Of a stretch of 64,000 nucleotides of DNA, positions 1-13,900 are shown one piece after another (within the stretch, counting starts at the first letter, position 1; every line of letters starts with the position of its first letter). The stretch lies in assembly GCA_002633005.1 (NCBI GenBank), contig NMRA01000673.1:1-64000 (forward strand), read 5' to 3'. Both the position numbers and the translations under genes were made by a program. The notes beneath the pieces are model-generated. The model did not search any database and was not told the origin of the DNA. It saw only the letters and a list, made by a program, of their open reading frames with translations. The stretch is from Phoronis australis (lineage: Eukaryota; Animalia; Phoronida).

Positions 1-1697
1 ACTGCCTGCGCTGCCTCCGGCTGCTTGGCTGGGGCCCGCCTAAGTGCTACATCGGAGCCTGCCTGCGCAGGAGGCTACCGTGCCAGTTTCACACATTTCG
101 ACCAGTGTGCAGCTCGTAAAAATGGGAGTCTGACTTAAGTGAACGAACTATTACAGGCACACTGCATAGCCGGAGGAAAATCGTAATTTGAAATGTTTAA
201 TATTTCTGTGGGTTGAAGAAATAAGGTCCTTGTAACGAGTCTTGGGTTTCCGTTATAGATGACAAGGCTCTGCTATGAATAATTTGTTGTTCGCGGAATG
301 CTTGCTTTTATAGTAAAGAAAACTTGGTGATTCAGACTCCTTGCTTAAAATCGTGTTGAAAGCGCCTCTGGATCCATGCTTTCTGACCGTCTAGGTCCTT
401 GTTCATTTGATAATTGATTTCTCTACTCCGAAAGGACTGGCCCATCACGTAACATTTCAGCTCACGCCCACATACATTTTGTCTTGTCAAAAAATTGGAG
501 TCAATTTCATAATGGCGAGTAGTCTAAATCAAAACTTTTTTGAAAACAAGTTATTCATGTGCAGAAACAGGAAACATTAGAACACGTAATGAATGACATG
601 GTAAAGAGGTGGTGAAGGTTAAACAACTGATGTGAATGCATGGTGCGTCGAAGTTTTGAAACGACATTTTTCAAACTCACGAACACATCCTTTGTTTTCT
701 TTGCCTTGTAACACATACACGTGTAAGGAATTCGAAATCCACGAGGTTGTGCCATGAGTGAAAGAAGGTTCCTATGATGCAATATGCTTGTATGCACGTG
801 GTCACGTGCCACCCTCTTCGCAGGAATGCTTCCTCGCTGGTTCCCTGCTTGCTGCTACGTGATCAATAGCCAGCACGCAGGTATCACTTAATTTTGCTCC
901 GCAAATTTTTGTTCACCAGCGTTTCTGATTGGCTGGTCGAATTCTCAACAGGCAGCGCTTTACGCAAACAAACTGGCATGAATGATGGACTGAAATGTAA
1001 ATATGGTCTATTGTACAGACAAATCGGTGCTTAAAATTTATGATCAGGAAATGTGATTTCTAGAAATTTTAGTTGAGCCTTTTCGGAGTGCATCTTTCTA
1101 CTATCGATGGCTTTTGTTTACGATAGTGTTCTGTATTCATGCAGTGTGAATAACACACCGGTTAAATCGGTGTCAAGAATGACTTATTGATGAATTTATC
1201 TATTCTAAGAATTGTGCCTTATTTGGGCCCACCTACACGTTTAACACTATTGGTTAGTTTAACTCCTCCTACTCGTACCACGTGATTACTACACGTGGCT
1301 GCATGACTGTATTATTATATTATAGTTTCCGTGCAAATAAAATCAGTTGTTCTTTTAACCTTACACGAACCAGTTATCACTTTTGCTCTCCCAATTCATT
1401 CCACACAATCGGCCAGATGTGTGTTTATTGTACATGTACATGTTTGTGCTTCAAGAACGTAATAGTTGCAGCGAGGCCATTTGCATGACAAGGCTAAAAA
1501 TCGTTCATAGTCCGCCTTTTTTCACGGTGTTGTAAAGCTAACCAATGACTGCTGAGTTTACATGTGGGTCATACCTGCTTGCTGGCTAGGCACGCGACGA
1601 GGAGTGCTTCCAGACTTGCCTTAGGTTTCCTACGGTAAATATCGAGTCGCCATCGCTGTGGTAGCTCACAGAAGTCAGATGGATTTGATGCAAGGAT

Positions 1698-1703
1698 TTT
1701 ATT
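1698..1703 (-). terminator. Putative polyadenylation signal AATAAA of gene B
   Basis: AATAAA about 165 nt after the stop; conserved at the same position in the paralog. Confidence 0.6.
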
Positions 1704-1866
1704 CAAAACATAACAACACACAGCTTCATGTTAAAGCATTTCGGTTTACATTTTGGCAGAAGCACGCTTATATTAGGAAGAAGCAAACAACACATATTCT
1801 GTTGAAGAAAAATTAAGAACTCTGGGTTAAATAATAGTTGGGTGTTTCCGTCAAGTGGTAGCGCTT

Positions 1867-1953
1867 TCAAGTGCATTGACCGGTAACAAAATGGAACTGG
1901 TCAACAGCTATATCACCTTGCCACGTGGTTCCACGAGATCCGCTTACCACCAA
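1867..1953 (-). CDS. Gene B terminal coding exon, MAM4 part d (LVVSGSRGTTWQGDIAVDQFHFVTGQCT*)
   Basis: 87 nt, phase 0, GDIAVD, TGA stop. Confidence 0.92.
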   Translation of the reverse strand: MVVSGSRGTTWQGDIAVDQFHFVTGQCT

Positions 1954-4900
1954 CTGAAAAAGATGTAGCATATTCAAATTACCATCACGAAATCTGTTCT
2001 GTTTTAACTTGTGGGACAGTACGTTTCTAGCAATAACGGGTGGATTCTTCTACGGACTACTCGTAATACATGTATGTTAGCGATTATTCTTAGATAATGC
2101 ATGGAAACAATGATGGTTTTCGGGATTGTTTGTACAGTGACGGTTCCTCATACACCATACGTGGGTTGGATTCGAAAGTTAGCTGTCTTATTTTCCCAAG
2201 ACGGCACCAGCAAATTTGAACCTTGTTTGGGTATACTAACACTCTTAGTTCAGCTTCGAAATATTTGGTTGGGGAAGATATGACAAATCGTTGTTGTACA
2301 AGACGAAGCCCTACCAGTTCGCTTGTCACGGCTTTCTATTTAGTGCGCCTAGCTTGATTTTGAGAAAAGCAAACTAGTCAGTTATCTGGTCAATACCGTA
2401 GCCCACAAGTACACGCATAAGCTTATCGAGCGGGTGACATGGTGGGAGGAAATCACTGCTCCCCAAAATAGGGCATACGTTTTAAAAAATGCCTAAATTC
2501 ACGAATTGCGGGCCAAGTAATTAAAATATTTCTCAGGTAAAATTATGATCTGATAATCCCTCAATCACTTAACCTACAAGCCACGTCTCAATGTAGTAGG
2601 GGACTTTATGATGTCAGTTTCATTTCTTTGATCTCATCTGGAAGGCATTTTTATTTCTTATAAAACCCACAAAACGTGCTGTTTTTTCATGAAGAGCACA
2701 ACCTACCATTGACGTGTCGGAAGTAGTCATAGTTATGTACGCGTAGTGCCACGCGTCTCCTTGAGGCCCAGATCTCTTGAACAACTGGTGGCTATGCCCG
2801 TTGGAGTCAACCAGGGCTATCTCCAAATCTCCCATGCCACTGCCGCCGTGCATGTGCCAGTTGAAGGAGAAGCAATACGTTCCAGCTTTAAAAAGTATAA
2901 CATTCAACCGTATTAATTGTGCTGGAATGTTGATTCGAAACGTTAAAATATGTACACTGTATGATTAGTCGCTATAGGCCCAAGAAATGGAGGGCGGGTA
3001 GGAAGCGATGGAGGCACTCTAATTTTAGCAAAAATACCCGCAGGGAAGTAGAAAGGTGAAACTATTGTCGAGAGGTAGGGATGGAGGTGTGCAACGCTCT
3101 TACGTTCTTGCTTCACCAAGCAAAACTTTCCTATCTTGTTTTCAAACTACTTGTCCCATCTACATTCTGATACCGTATGTTCGAGAACATCGTCTTGTAT
3201 TCAGGAGTTTAATAACTGTCAACCACCTATCTTGGTGTCAACCAGCTATCTTGGTGTCAACACAAGCAAAACATAACTTTTTCTCCTAGACCAGTGTAAC
3301 AAAACGGCGAATCTTTGAAAGTCTACTCAACTTTAAAAACGTAGTCAGTTGAGAGGGGTTGGTTTCAACTGTTTTAGACGCATATCAGCCCCGAAACAGT
3401 TTTGACCCATAAACAGATAACCAAAACGACGTTTCCATCAAGCTCTCAGAAAAAAATCAATAATCTACAACTTTGGCCAACCCTCAAAACTTAGAGCAAA
3501 ATTTGAAAACTCCTTCCAAAGTCCACTATAGAGGCAAGCGTAATCCACGCTTACTGTACATGGCAGTTGTACGGAAAGACCGTCCACCGACCAAGAACCA
3601 TATTATCTAATCTGAGACAAAGCAAGTTTGAGTTTTTAGATGGATCAAGCTTCCTTCATGCAAGTGCGACGACAGTGATGCATTAGGAGGTGACAGAACG
3701 AGCGTTTGTAGAAATCATCATAATATGGTTAACATAGGCGGATTTAGGGGGGGGCCAGGGGGCCCGCCCCCCCCCCNNNNNNNNNNNNNNNNNNNNNNNN
3801 NNNNNNNNNNNNNNNNNNNNNNNNNNNNNNNNNNNNNNNNNNNNNNNNNNNNNNNNNNNNNNNNNNNNNNNNNNNNNNNNNNNNNNNNNNNNNNNNNNNN
3901 NNNNNNNNNNNNNNNNNNNNNNNNNNNNNNNNNNNNNNNNNNNNNNNNNNNNNNNNNNNNNNNNNNNNNNNNNNNNNNNNNNNNNNNNNNNNNNNNNNNN
4001 NNNNNNNNNNNNNNNNNNNNNNNNNNNNNNNNNNNNNNNNNNNNNNNNNNNNNNNNNNNNNNNNNNNNNNNNNNNNNNNNNNNNNNNNNNNNNNNNNNNN
4101 NNNNNNNNNNNNNNNNNNNNNNNNNNNNNNNNNNNNNNNNNNNNNNNNNNNNNNNNNNNNNNNNNNNNNNNNNNNNNNNNNNNNNNNNNNNNNNNNNNNN
4201 NNNNNNNNNNNNNNNNNNNNNNNNNNNNNNNNNNNNNNNNNNNNNNNNNNNNNNNNNNNNNNNNNNNNNNNNNNNNNNNNNNNNNNNNNNNNNNNNNNNN
4301 NNNNNNNNNNNNNNNNNNNNNNNNNNNNNNNNNNNNNNNNNNNNNNNNNNNNNNNNNNNNNNNNNNNNNNNNNNNNNNNNNNNNNNNNNNNNNNNNNNNN
4401 NNNNNNNNNNNNNNNNNNNNNNNNNNNNNNNNNNNNNNNNNNNNNNNNNNNNNNNNNNNNNNNNNNNNNNNNNNNNNNNNNNNNNNNNNNNNNNNNNNNN
4501 NNNNNNNNNNNNNNNNNNNNNNNNNNNNNNNNNNNNNNNNNNNNNNNNNNNNNNNNNNNNNNNNNNNNNNNNNNNNNNNNNNNNNNNNNNNNNNNNNNNN
4601 NNNNNNNNNNNNNNNNNNNNNNNNNNNNNNNNNNACAGTGGCGGATGTAGGATATCACAAGGGGGCCCAACATTTTGTCCGGCTGTAAGCATTTGCGTGA
4701 ACCACGATCATAGATGCGTATAGCACCGAATGGGGGGAGGTCGGGAGGGGGATTTTCCCGCCCAGGAAATTTTTCTGTTTTTTCCTCTAAAAATCAAGCA
4801 TTTTCCTTGATTCCTGAAGTATTATCCAAGAAAAAAGGCAAGCAAAAACACAGAGAAGGTGTCAAACAGGAAAAACCGTACGTACCACAGACTTGAACTC

Positions 4901-7900
4901 ACGACCTGGCGGATAGAGAGCGCGTGCTTTACCCCTACACCACCACGATTTAACTACTAACCTTGTGCTAAGAGACCTACTTGTTTATGGTCCACGGCGC
5001 TTGCGCGCGAAACCTACTTCTTTTTGTAATGCTTATTACACGTTTTATATTTTGTGCAATCGGTTCTTAACAAATTTGTTGTATTTAAAATAGTCTTCAA
5101 ATGCCCAAAAGACCAAATCCGTTTTTCGTGTTGCAACAATGACGGGACTGCTTTGGAAATCGTCTTAAGTTAAGTTTTGACAAAGAGAGAATTATGAGTT
5201 TCTGAGTGATTCACCAAAGCTTCGATTAAAATTCACATCTTACCAGCAGTTTTTGTTTTTTCATTGTCGCTCAGGTTCCATTTTCTTTAAAAAATGAAGT
5301 AAATTTTCTTCATTGCACACTGGAACAGACGACGGAAACGGAGTCGTAGTGCGCAGCGCCATTGCCGGTCGCCTGGGATATCGCGGGAGAGCTTATACTT
5401 AGCCATAGTTCCGTTACCAATGCGCCGTGTTCCGAATATGACATTTGAAATTGGATCTGAGCCCCCTCCCAAACACTAAAACTGCACACATTTTAATCTT
5501 GTTTCATCCATATAATCTAAATTACCGGGGTTAATTAATAAACTCAAAATTTCCCTACGCTCTTGCTGTTTGATTTTTTTGCGGCAGCCAAGGGGGGGGC
5601 GCTTATGCTGTATTACGCTTAGCGAAGTTTGTCGTCAGTTGAACAAACTTAAGACTACTGCAGACTTTGTATGCCGAAACAGCTGATAAGTCACCAATTT
5701 TGGATCAGTACACCTTCCGTCGGAGATTACTGGTTAATGCAGTGGTTTGAACGTAATATACATATAGGTTACCATGAGTTCCGTTTCCCATGTCAACCAA
5801 ACTTGTATTTGCATTGAGTACATGCACTGTCTACAGCGATACCTGAGAATGACGGAGATATTAATTTCGCAACCTCTCCATTGGCACGTGGGCTAGAAAC
5901 TTCGGTGTAAATGTAGCCGTGTGATCCAGCAGCGCCCCTTTGCGGACCTGTACCAGATGACGGTGTGTTTCCCTGGAGTCAGAATTATTGTGAGCCATTA
6001 AATATACATGTAAATCTTCATATTCGTGAGAACAGTCACACTTTGTAACATCATTGGTGAATTTTCCCGGGCGCTGCATCTTCAATTTATAACAAGACAT
6101 ACGCCTACAACGTGGTAACGTAAGGTGCTGCACATGTAAATTCCATCTCCCCATCAGTAAACATGAACCTCGACAAGTAGGAAATAATGCAAGTGACAAC
6201 TCCGCTATATTTTTTGGGCTCAATATGAACGCAGGTTGCAACACTACGCATCTTGTGACGAATGCGGAAACTTGTCCAGTATAGAACAAAACTGTGTGGA
6301 AACCCACCGTGTTAACAGCCCAGTCGAAATCGTCGGTAGCGTCTTGATGCCAGTTGCAAAGATTACCGCTATCGAAGTTGCAAGACAAGCCAGGGTCTGA
6401 AACTTATGAAAAAGCCTGCGGCTTAAAGAAAATAATTAAGAGTGGTCTAAATGACTATGGTTGTTTTGTTTTTTTTTTGTAACGGGGAGTGACATATAGC
6501 CTTTGCAATTCCAAGAAAACACCAAATAACTATTCTTTAGTCCGAGAGATTGTATATCTGAATCCAACCTTTAAATATGGGACAAACGGGCTCGAAACAA
6601 AAGTGAGGCCAGATTCAGGAAACTAGTCTCTTTTAAATCGAAATTGTTTTTTTTTTTTCACCTCATTATTACCCTTGGCAATATTAAAATATTATATATC
6701 TGAAAAGGATACCAAACCCAGTGTTGACCTATTATCGGAAAGATATTAAATACGACATTCCCATCTAGTTCTCTGAAACAAAGTTACGCTCTGTAACCCC
6801 AGACAACTCTCAAATGTTTCGAACAAAGTACATGTATGAAAATCCCTTATGAATTCCGCTAATCGAGCAAACGTGAGTTACGATTTAGAAGAGTTACAGG
6901 ACATCTGTAGGGAAAGTCCACCCACCAAGAACCATAACCTATATGTGACACAGACAGTATGAATTTTTTAATTAAATCCTAAATTTATTGCTCAAGTTGG
7001 AGGACAGTGATCCATTGATGGTTGATTGAAAACACCAAAACAGGGGTTAGTTTACTTTTAAAATTGTACTTGTTGTTCTTGTACATTGAGAAATGTGTTT
7101 ACAACACCGCCTTCTTGATTTACACCATCACGGTGGTTGATATTACCTGTCGGGGCCGTAGTCCCATGACAGGCTCCGTGACGTAAGATCAGGGAGTCGA
7201 TTGCTATATCACCCATCCACGTAGAACCTTTGCTAGCCGAGATCAGTAGCTAAAATTAAACAGAAAAGCAAATGCGGTAACAAAACATTATACGGTCGTT
7301 TTCACTCTTAAAAAAGGTGAGCTAAATATAACCTGGTGATTAAAAAAACGGTTAACGAAAGACAGAACAAAGCGTTTATCTTGTCATCAAAATGTTGTGT
7401 TGCAATTGACTGTCTTCTAAGCAAATTGCCCGAATTTATGCAACATTAGACTTCAGAAATGAATCGATAAGTAGTGTCTTGTCAACAGTAAAACTAGGGC
7501 AACAGAGAGCGATTATATGCGTCCACTGTTTACCAGATACACAAGATGATCTTTCTTTTAAACAGTTCCACGAAAAGCATCAACACTGGAAAAAAATTCC
7601 CCAAGCGGATGGAAAGCGAATCTTCACTGCCTTCGTAGATAGGGAAATGCTTCCCTCCATTCGTCATTATTTTTCCGTGCAGTCTTGGGGATGGGGCTGC
7701 GGACCACAAAGAACACGCACAAAAACAAGAAAATTGGGCGCAATGTGCATGAAGGTCCTATTTACCTGGATAAAGGACTTGTGCTGTAGTTTATGTGATA
7801 ATAACCTGATAGTTAAATATCATGAACATCCATCAAGGAACCTGATATATCACAAATGCAAAGGAAACAAATTGCAACTATGGGACTGGCATCAGATGGA

Positions 7901-10900
7901 TTCGTCTGAAAACCCAATTTAGTTGTGGTATCTCCAATAAAGCACGCACAGATTTCAAGACGACCTGTCAAGGTGGGTATTTAGGCTCAGGCAAAAACTA
8001 CTGCTATATATAGAGTTGGACATCCCAAAAGACGATCGTCAACAACAACGTTCAAGAGGAAACATCTTTCACGACACCTGCGACAGCATCATATCAACTA
8101 GCCTGGGAGATTTGATCACACAATTAGCTTGCATAAAATTGTTCATTACCATCGACTGGTCTGTAGCAGTCACCGTAATGGACTCGTCATGCCACAAAGG
8201 ACCATGAGGTCCAGATCTTTTAAACAACTGCTGCTCGTTACCGAAGAGATCGGTCAATGATATCACCAGGTCGCCCATGTTACTGCCACCCTCCATGTTC
8301 CATTTGAAGGAGAAGCAGTAGTCTCCGGCTGCAAAAGAAAAGGTAATATTAACCCCGTTACGAGATTTAATAGCAAAGAAGAGGGCGTCCGTACATGTAT
8401 TAGGCTACGAGCAGGCGATAATTTACCTCTTTGCTTTCATGAAAACTGTGAGAGCGTAGATTTTTGGAATGTGATTCAATGAATCCAGAGTCCATGATGT
8501 GTCACGCCAGTTATCGCTTATCGGTCAGCTGGTAGTTCAGGTTGAATAGCTGCTACTTCGTTTACCCCTGTGTATTATATAATGAACTTCGCGCACCTAC
8601 CGAACCTTAAAAATTGTGAGGCTCGAATTTTTGAGAATGTAAAACTTTAACTAAGATGCACGGAGTACGTTCCGCGTTATGAATTGTGCACTTGCGAATT
8701 TGTGTAGTTCCAGCATTTTTAACAGACTTTTGTCGTGTTTTCCACTTTTTTCGGAGTCTCTGTTTCTCGGAGTCAGACCTGTTTCCCCACTTCGGCATAT
8801 GGGGATCGTTGGAGCCCCCACCCTGGTTGCGCGCATCTTCTTGGAGCTCGAATTGCCACTTCTGTGTATGCGTTACATCTACTGTTTGTAGTGTGTGTTA
8901 CCCTCTCACTTAAGTTTCACTGGACAGGAGCCATGCTTGCGAGACCATGCAACAAGGTATGCCGCACTAGTATTGGCAAGAATGCGCAAAAAGATAATGG
9001 CTGCAAGAGACGAGTGCGTATACAATTATCACGACTGTTAACTTGTTGAGGATGACTACCCTATACTACAGCTAGTGTTCAAGTACGAAACAGTCGGAAG
9101 TCTGATTTCATGCCAGTGACCCAGTGTAGCACAATTTCACCGCAGGCTCATCAACATTGCAAACTGCATTTGAATTGCAAGTTGCACATTGGCATCGCTT
9201 AATACTTGCCTGGGAATGAACTTGATTCAATTTCTGCAACAGCGAACGAGGGGACTGGTGAAGACACTTCGGCGTAAAGATAATAACTGCCGTCGGCCGC
9301 TCCCGAGGGACCTGTCCCGCTTGACGGAGTTCCTCCCTACAAGAACACCAACACACCATTTTAATATTGCTTAGATGTTAATCAAGTATGGTGACGTGAC
9401 TTGGCTTGCAGGATCCGCAACCATACAAAAGGCACGTTTCTTCGGAGTTGACCCAAAACCTGCTAAAGAGTTCATGAGTTTATCTCATCGGCTTATACTT
9501 TACCACCTCGTTCAGTGGGAAGTAGGCCTATATGTGATTTAAGCATGGCTACAATTCAGGGGAGTATACACCATAAGCTTGGTCCTGGTATATACGTGAT
9601 CTTTAGAAATTATTCAAATTTGGCTCAGTTTGCAGATGATCAGCCATCATCAGAACATTCCTCTAATGTTTAAGATCTTGAACACTGCCTATACAATCAG
9701 TGACCTGAAAATGAGCGTTCCTGAAAATGAGCGTTCTGTAAAATCGTATAACTTTTAAAGGCAGTTGGGTGCCGCCGGAAATACTGGGCAACTTGGAGGT
9801 AACCTACCGATTGTACAGTCCAGTCAAAGTCATCAGTCTGTAGCTGTTTCCACATACAAATGTTGTCGCTTTCGAAATCACACGACGCCGCACTTACTAA
9901 ATGAAACAAAATAAAGATAATAAGCTTAAGATACACTGTTAACCTACCAAAACAAATGTCTAAGAGGCGTGGGATGCAAAACCTCACCAAAAATACCTTT
10001 AAACGACTTCTGACTAACGTATCATCCTACAACGTCTAGAACAGGTTTATTCAGATTTTTCTGCCAGGAAATCTCAGTAGAAAATTACAGAAATCAAGAT
10101 TTTTGAAATTCATGAGGACGAAAAACTTTGGTTTCCACAGAGTTTGTAATCTAACTCCTGGCTTACCATGGGCTCGTGCTCACTTGCTTGAAGACGTTTG
10201 AGGTCAGAGGTCACATCTCCATACAAGGTAAATGTGCCAAGTCTAATGTTTTGCCACAACAAATAAGGAGACCAGTTCATTTCAAACGCGTTTCGCCCCA
10301 CCACAGCAATTCAGTCATGGTCTAGACCGAGCCTACGTTGTCAAATGTGTTATGCAGGGATGTTGCTAAGAGCTTTGAAACGCGTCTCTTCCTTTTAGCA
10401 CACTTAAACCGTTCCAACTATCTAAGTAGGCCTAAAGTGTAAGAACTACTAGCCAATCCATTGCACTGGATCATTACTGCATCGGTATACTAGCGTGTCT
10501 AAGGGTTCTTACTTTTCATAGACAGATTCCTATTCTGGCTGACAGCACGTGTGTAAATCACGTCTTGCAGACAGTTGGTGCGAGTTAATGCCGGATAATT
10601 GTGTAGGGTCGGGAAACAAGATTTTTCAGCTCTCGGGTGGTACATGTATTTTCCCTTCCAACAAACCGGCGACATATCGATTCTCTCTGCTAAGACTTGA
10701 CGTAAATACATCATTCGGGAAACATATGCATGTACGCTATACATGTATTTCGGACGTTCTATCAATGGCCTCGACTGGATTGAGTTATGAGACCGCAAAA
10801 ATAGCTTTTTGTCGAGGAATAAAATCTTCACTTTCATGTACGAAGCTGAAACGCTAAGCTCAATGTGAACTTAGCACGCCGGCCACCTCGATAAGTCAAC

Positions 10901-13900
10901 TTAGTGGCAGCCGCTTTGATGTGATAGGCAAGTAACCTCACCAGCATCCTCTGGGTCATCCGCTTTTCACTCGCGTGCGTTTTTGCTTTTCTGGGAAAAA
11001 CCTGGGTTCACGGAATGCTCCCCAAGCTTTAGCTTACGTGGTATGAATTTGTATTGGCAAACAATTATTCAGCGTTATTAATGACGAAGAACGTTCAATT
11101 TCAGCGTGGTTCACGATTGCGTTTACCCAGGCCGCTCCATTACCTAATTGCAGCCTCGCCTTGAGAATGACGTGACCGCCTTGGCTACAATCGGACTAAA
11201 AAAGACTGAGTAAAAAGGACACTTTTTGTTGCCCGATTTTACCTGCCTTTTCTACAACCGCTTTGTACAGCATGTATAATAGACTTGAAAATAAACTAGA
11301 AAATGTATAGCACTGCGATAGAAATGCCAAACTTGGAACACCTCAAGCCGTTGCGATTTCGTGGAACTTTTTGTTGGAGTTTATTGTGGCGAATCTTCTC
11401 CTGTGTATGTAATGGAGTTGTGCACCAGTTTGAAGAGTTTTCAAACATCTGAGTAAAGCATCAGAACTCGGAACTTGTCGAAAAACACGACTCGAAACGG
11501 ATTCTAGCAGAAAATAAGTGCGTAATTAGTGGCTGTTATTGCGCCAAAATATTGTGGAAATTTGGCGTTGCCCAGATTATTCTGAAGACCGCTGAAAAGA
11601 ACAAACAACAACTGTATACAGACAACACGGCACAAGATCAATAGGTGTGCAAGTTCTTACCCAAGCCAGCTCCTGTAGTAGCTGTTGGCCATTGCGTGCT
11701 CTGTACACCGGATGTCGTTCTTTGCGTGCTTGGTGTGTGGTGTGTTGTCTTGTGCGTGGTAAAAACGCTTGGCGTTGTCCTTCTCGTGCTTGGCACGTAA
11801 GCTGTGGTGCTGCTTGATCCTTGACAAGAACCGGTTTTTAAAACAAGGGTGTCGATGGCAATATCACCTTGCCATGTCTGCGCTTTGTTTGCCAATATCA
11901 GAAGCTGAAAACGAAAGAGTATGCTACACAGACTTGAGCACAGGCAGTGATGTCAATAACAAATGGGAGGTGAAGTTAGCTCCACCATTTTGTGAAAGAT
12001 ATATATTATAATCCTTCACAAAACTTAATCGATGGGTACGGATATTCATTCACAACATTTCTGACAGCGACATCAAGACAATCAATCAAAATATTTATAT
12101 CGTTGCGATTCGGTTTTGGCTATATTGCAACGCTCACTTCTAGAACTTAGTTTGAAAATGTCGGGAATTGCCATCTAGTTTGTATTCCTATTAGACTTTC
12201 ACTTGTTGTTTAAATTTGCAACTAACTCCATTCAATGATCGTTACAGCTAACATTATCAATTACCGTCGACACGTCATTAGTGGTCACAGGTACAGACTC
12301 ATCATGCCACGTGTCTCCGTGAGATCCAGACCTCTTAAACAGTGGTTGTGTGTTACCTCCGTGCTGGTCAACCAACGCGATCTCCAGATCTCCCATAGCG
12401 CTGCTGCCGTACATGTGCCATTTGAAGGAGAAACAGTAGCTCCCAGCTATAATAAGATAATATGCGAATATCAATCGACGTAATAGTGGAAGTTCAATTC
12501 GTATTCGATCCCGTATGTTTTGTTCTAGCCATGGCAGTGCAAGACGCGTATATTTGATGAGTGATCGCGTGGAAACCAATCTTAGGACTAGGTGGGGATG
12601 ATGAGGTATGTGTTCAGCCAGCGCATTTTGATGCTATATGTGTGGGCGCACAAAAATGAAATTGCCAATATCATGTATTGTGGTAGTCGGATGGGTCCGA
12701 AACTTGTCGTCACTCCTCGCCAGCGTCACAGGATAACTTCTCGCAAACCGCATTACCTTCCTAGAAAGGGTTTAGGGGTACAGCAGCGGACCCGGACGCC
12801 AAGACGGAGATGATTTCATTCTCCATACATCTACACACGCTGAGTGTTTGTGGGCAAATGAAATACAGGCTTTCCAGCTAAAACTCAATATTCAATCGTT
12901 ATTAGAAACAAACACAGTTGACAAGAGCCGCGGCATCGCGAAGAATTAAAATGAACTCACGACCCGTGCATCTAGTGGTGTTTTGAGAATAACTAAACGC
13001 TACTTTGTTGGTATGACTGCTGCATATACTTACCCGGAATGGTGATGATTCTATTCCTGCTACACTTCCACTGGGGACAGGTGACGACACTTCTACGTAG
13101 AGGTAGTAGTTTCCGTCGGCTGCAAAACTTGGACCTGTGCCGGTTGAAGGAGTTGGACCCTACGTGGGTAGCAATTAGCACACGTGTAAATTCAGAAACA
13201 ATCTTGAACCTTTCACTACGATGTATTCACTTGACTTTGGGAGTGACTGTAAACCCAATATCGACGGCCATGCATGTTGGCCTCGTGAACACCGACGGTT
13301 GAAAAAGTAGGACTATTTTCCGTGAAATCATTATACTCGACACGAGAAATTTGTCTTCGCAAGTTGAGCGGAAGTAGTGAACTCCTGCCGAAAAATGACA
13401 TTTGCAATTAAATAAGCGACTGAACATTTCATTGGCATCCATTTTGTTAGTGTTGTGATTTAACTCCCAACCGGTCTCCTGAAACAACTCTCAATTTTAA
13501 ACGTGTGGTTTTGCTTACGCCAAGTTTGCCGAACACAGCTCAGGAACCAGAAGGTGACGTGTTTAATTGCATTTGAAAACATTCAGAGACCAACCGCCCA
13601 ACTCTACGCACACGGAATCAAAAAAGTCCTCTCAGTTTAGCCCAATGGGGATTTTAATTTAATCTCCGGTAGATCACGCTCTGCGCCACAGCGGAGCCTA
13701 CGTTATAATTGCCCTCAGTCGTAAAAGTAAACGTCTGCTGCCACGTGCCCTGTATGCACGGGGATAACAATACAACGACTCAATTTTTGAGAAAGAAAAT
13801 TTGTCGCCCAATACTTCCGAAAAGACAAAAACGTGAAATAAGTGTAAAATAATGTTAATCTTCTTCAACTAAAGAAATTCTACGTTCTGTTACCAAAGGA

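Noticed and set aside
3718-4723. Long ORFs of 309-332 aa (also 45630-45905 and 60920-61231)
   Set aside because: They run through N gaps; artefacts
4881-4947. Functional tRNA gene
   Set aside because: Acceptor and anticodon stems do not pair well; kept only as SINE-like
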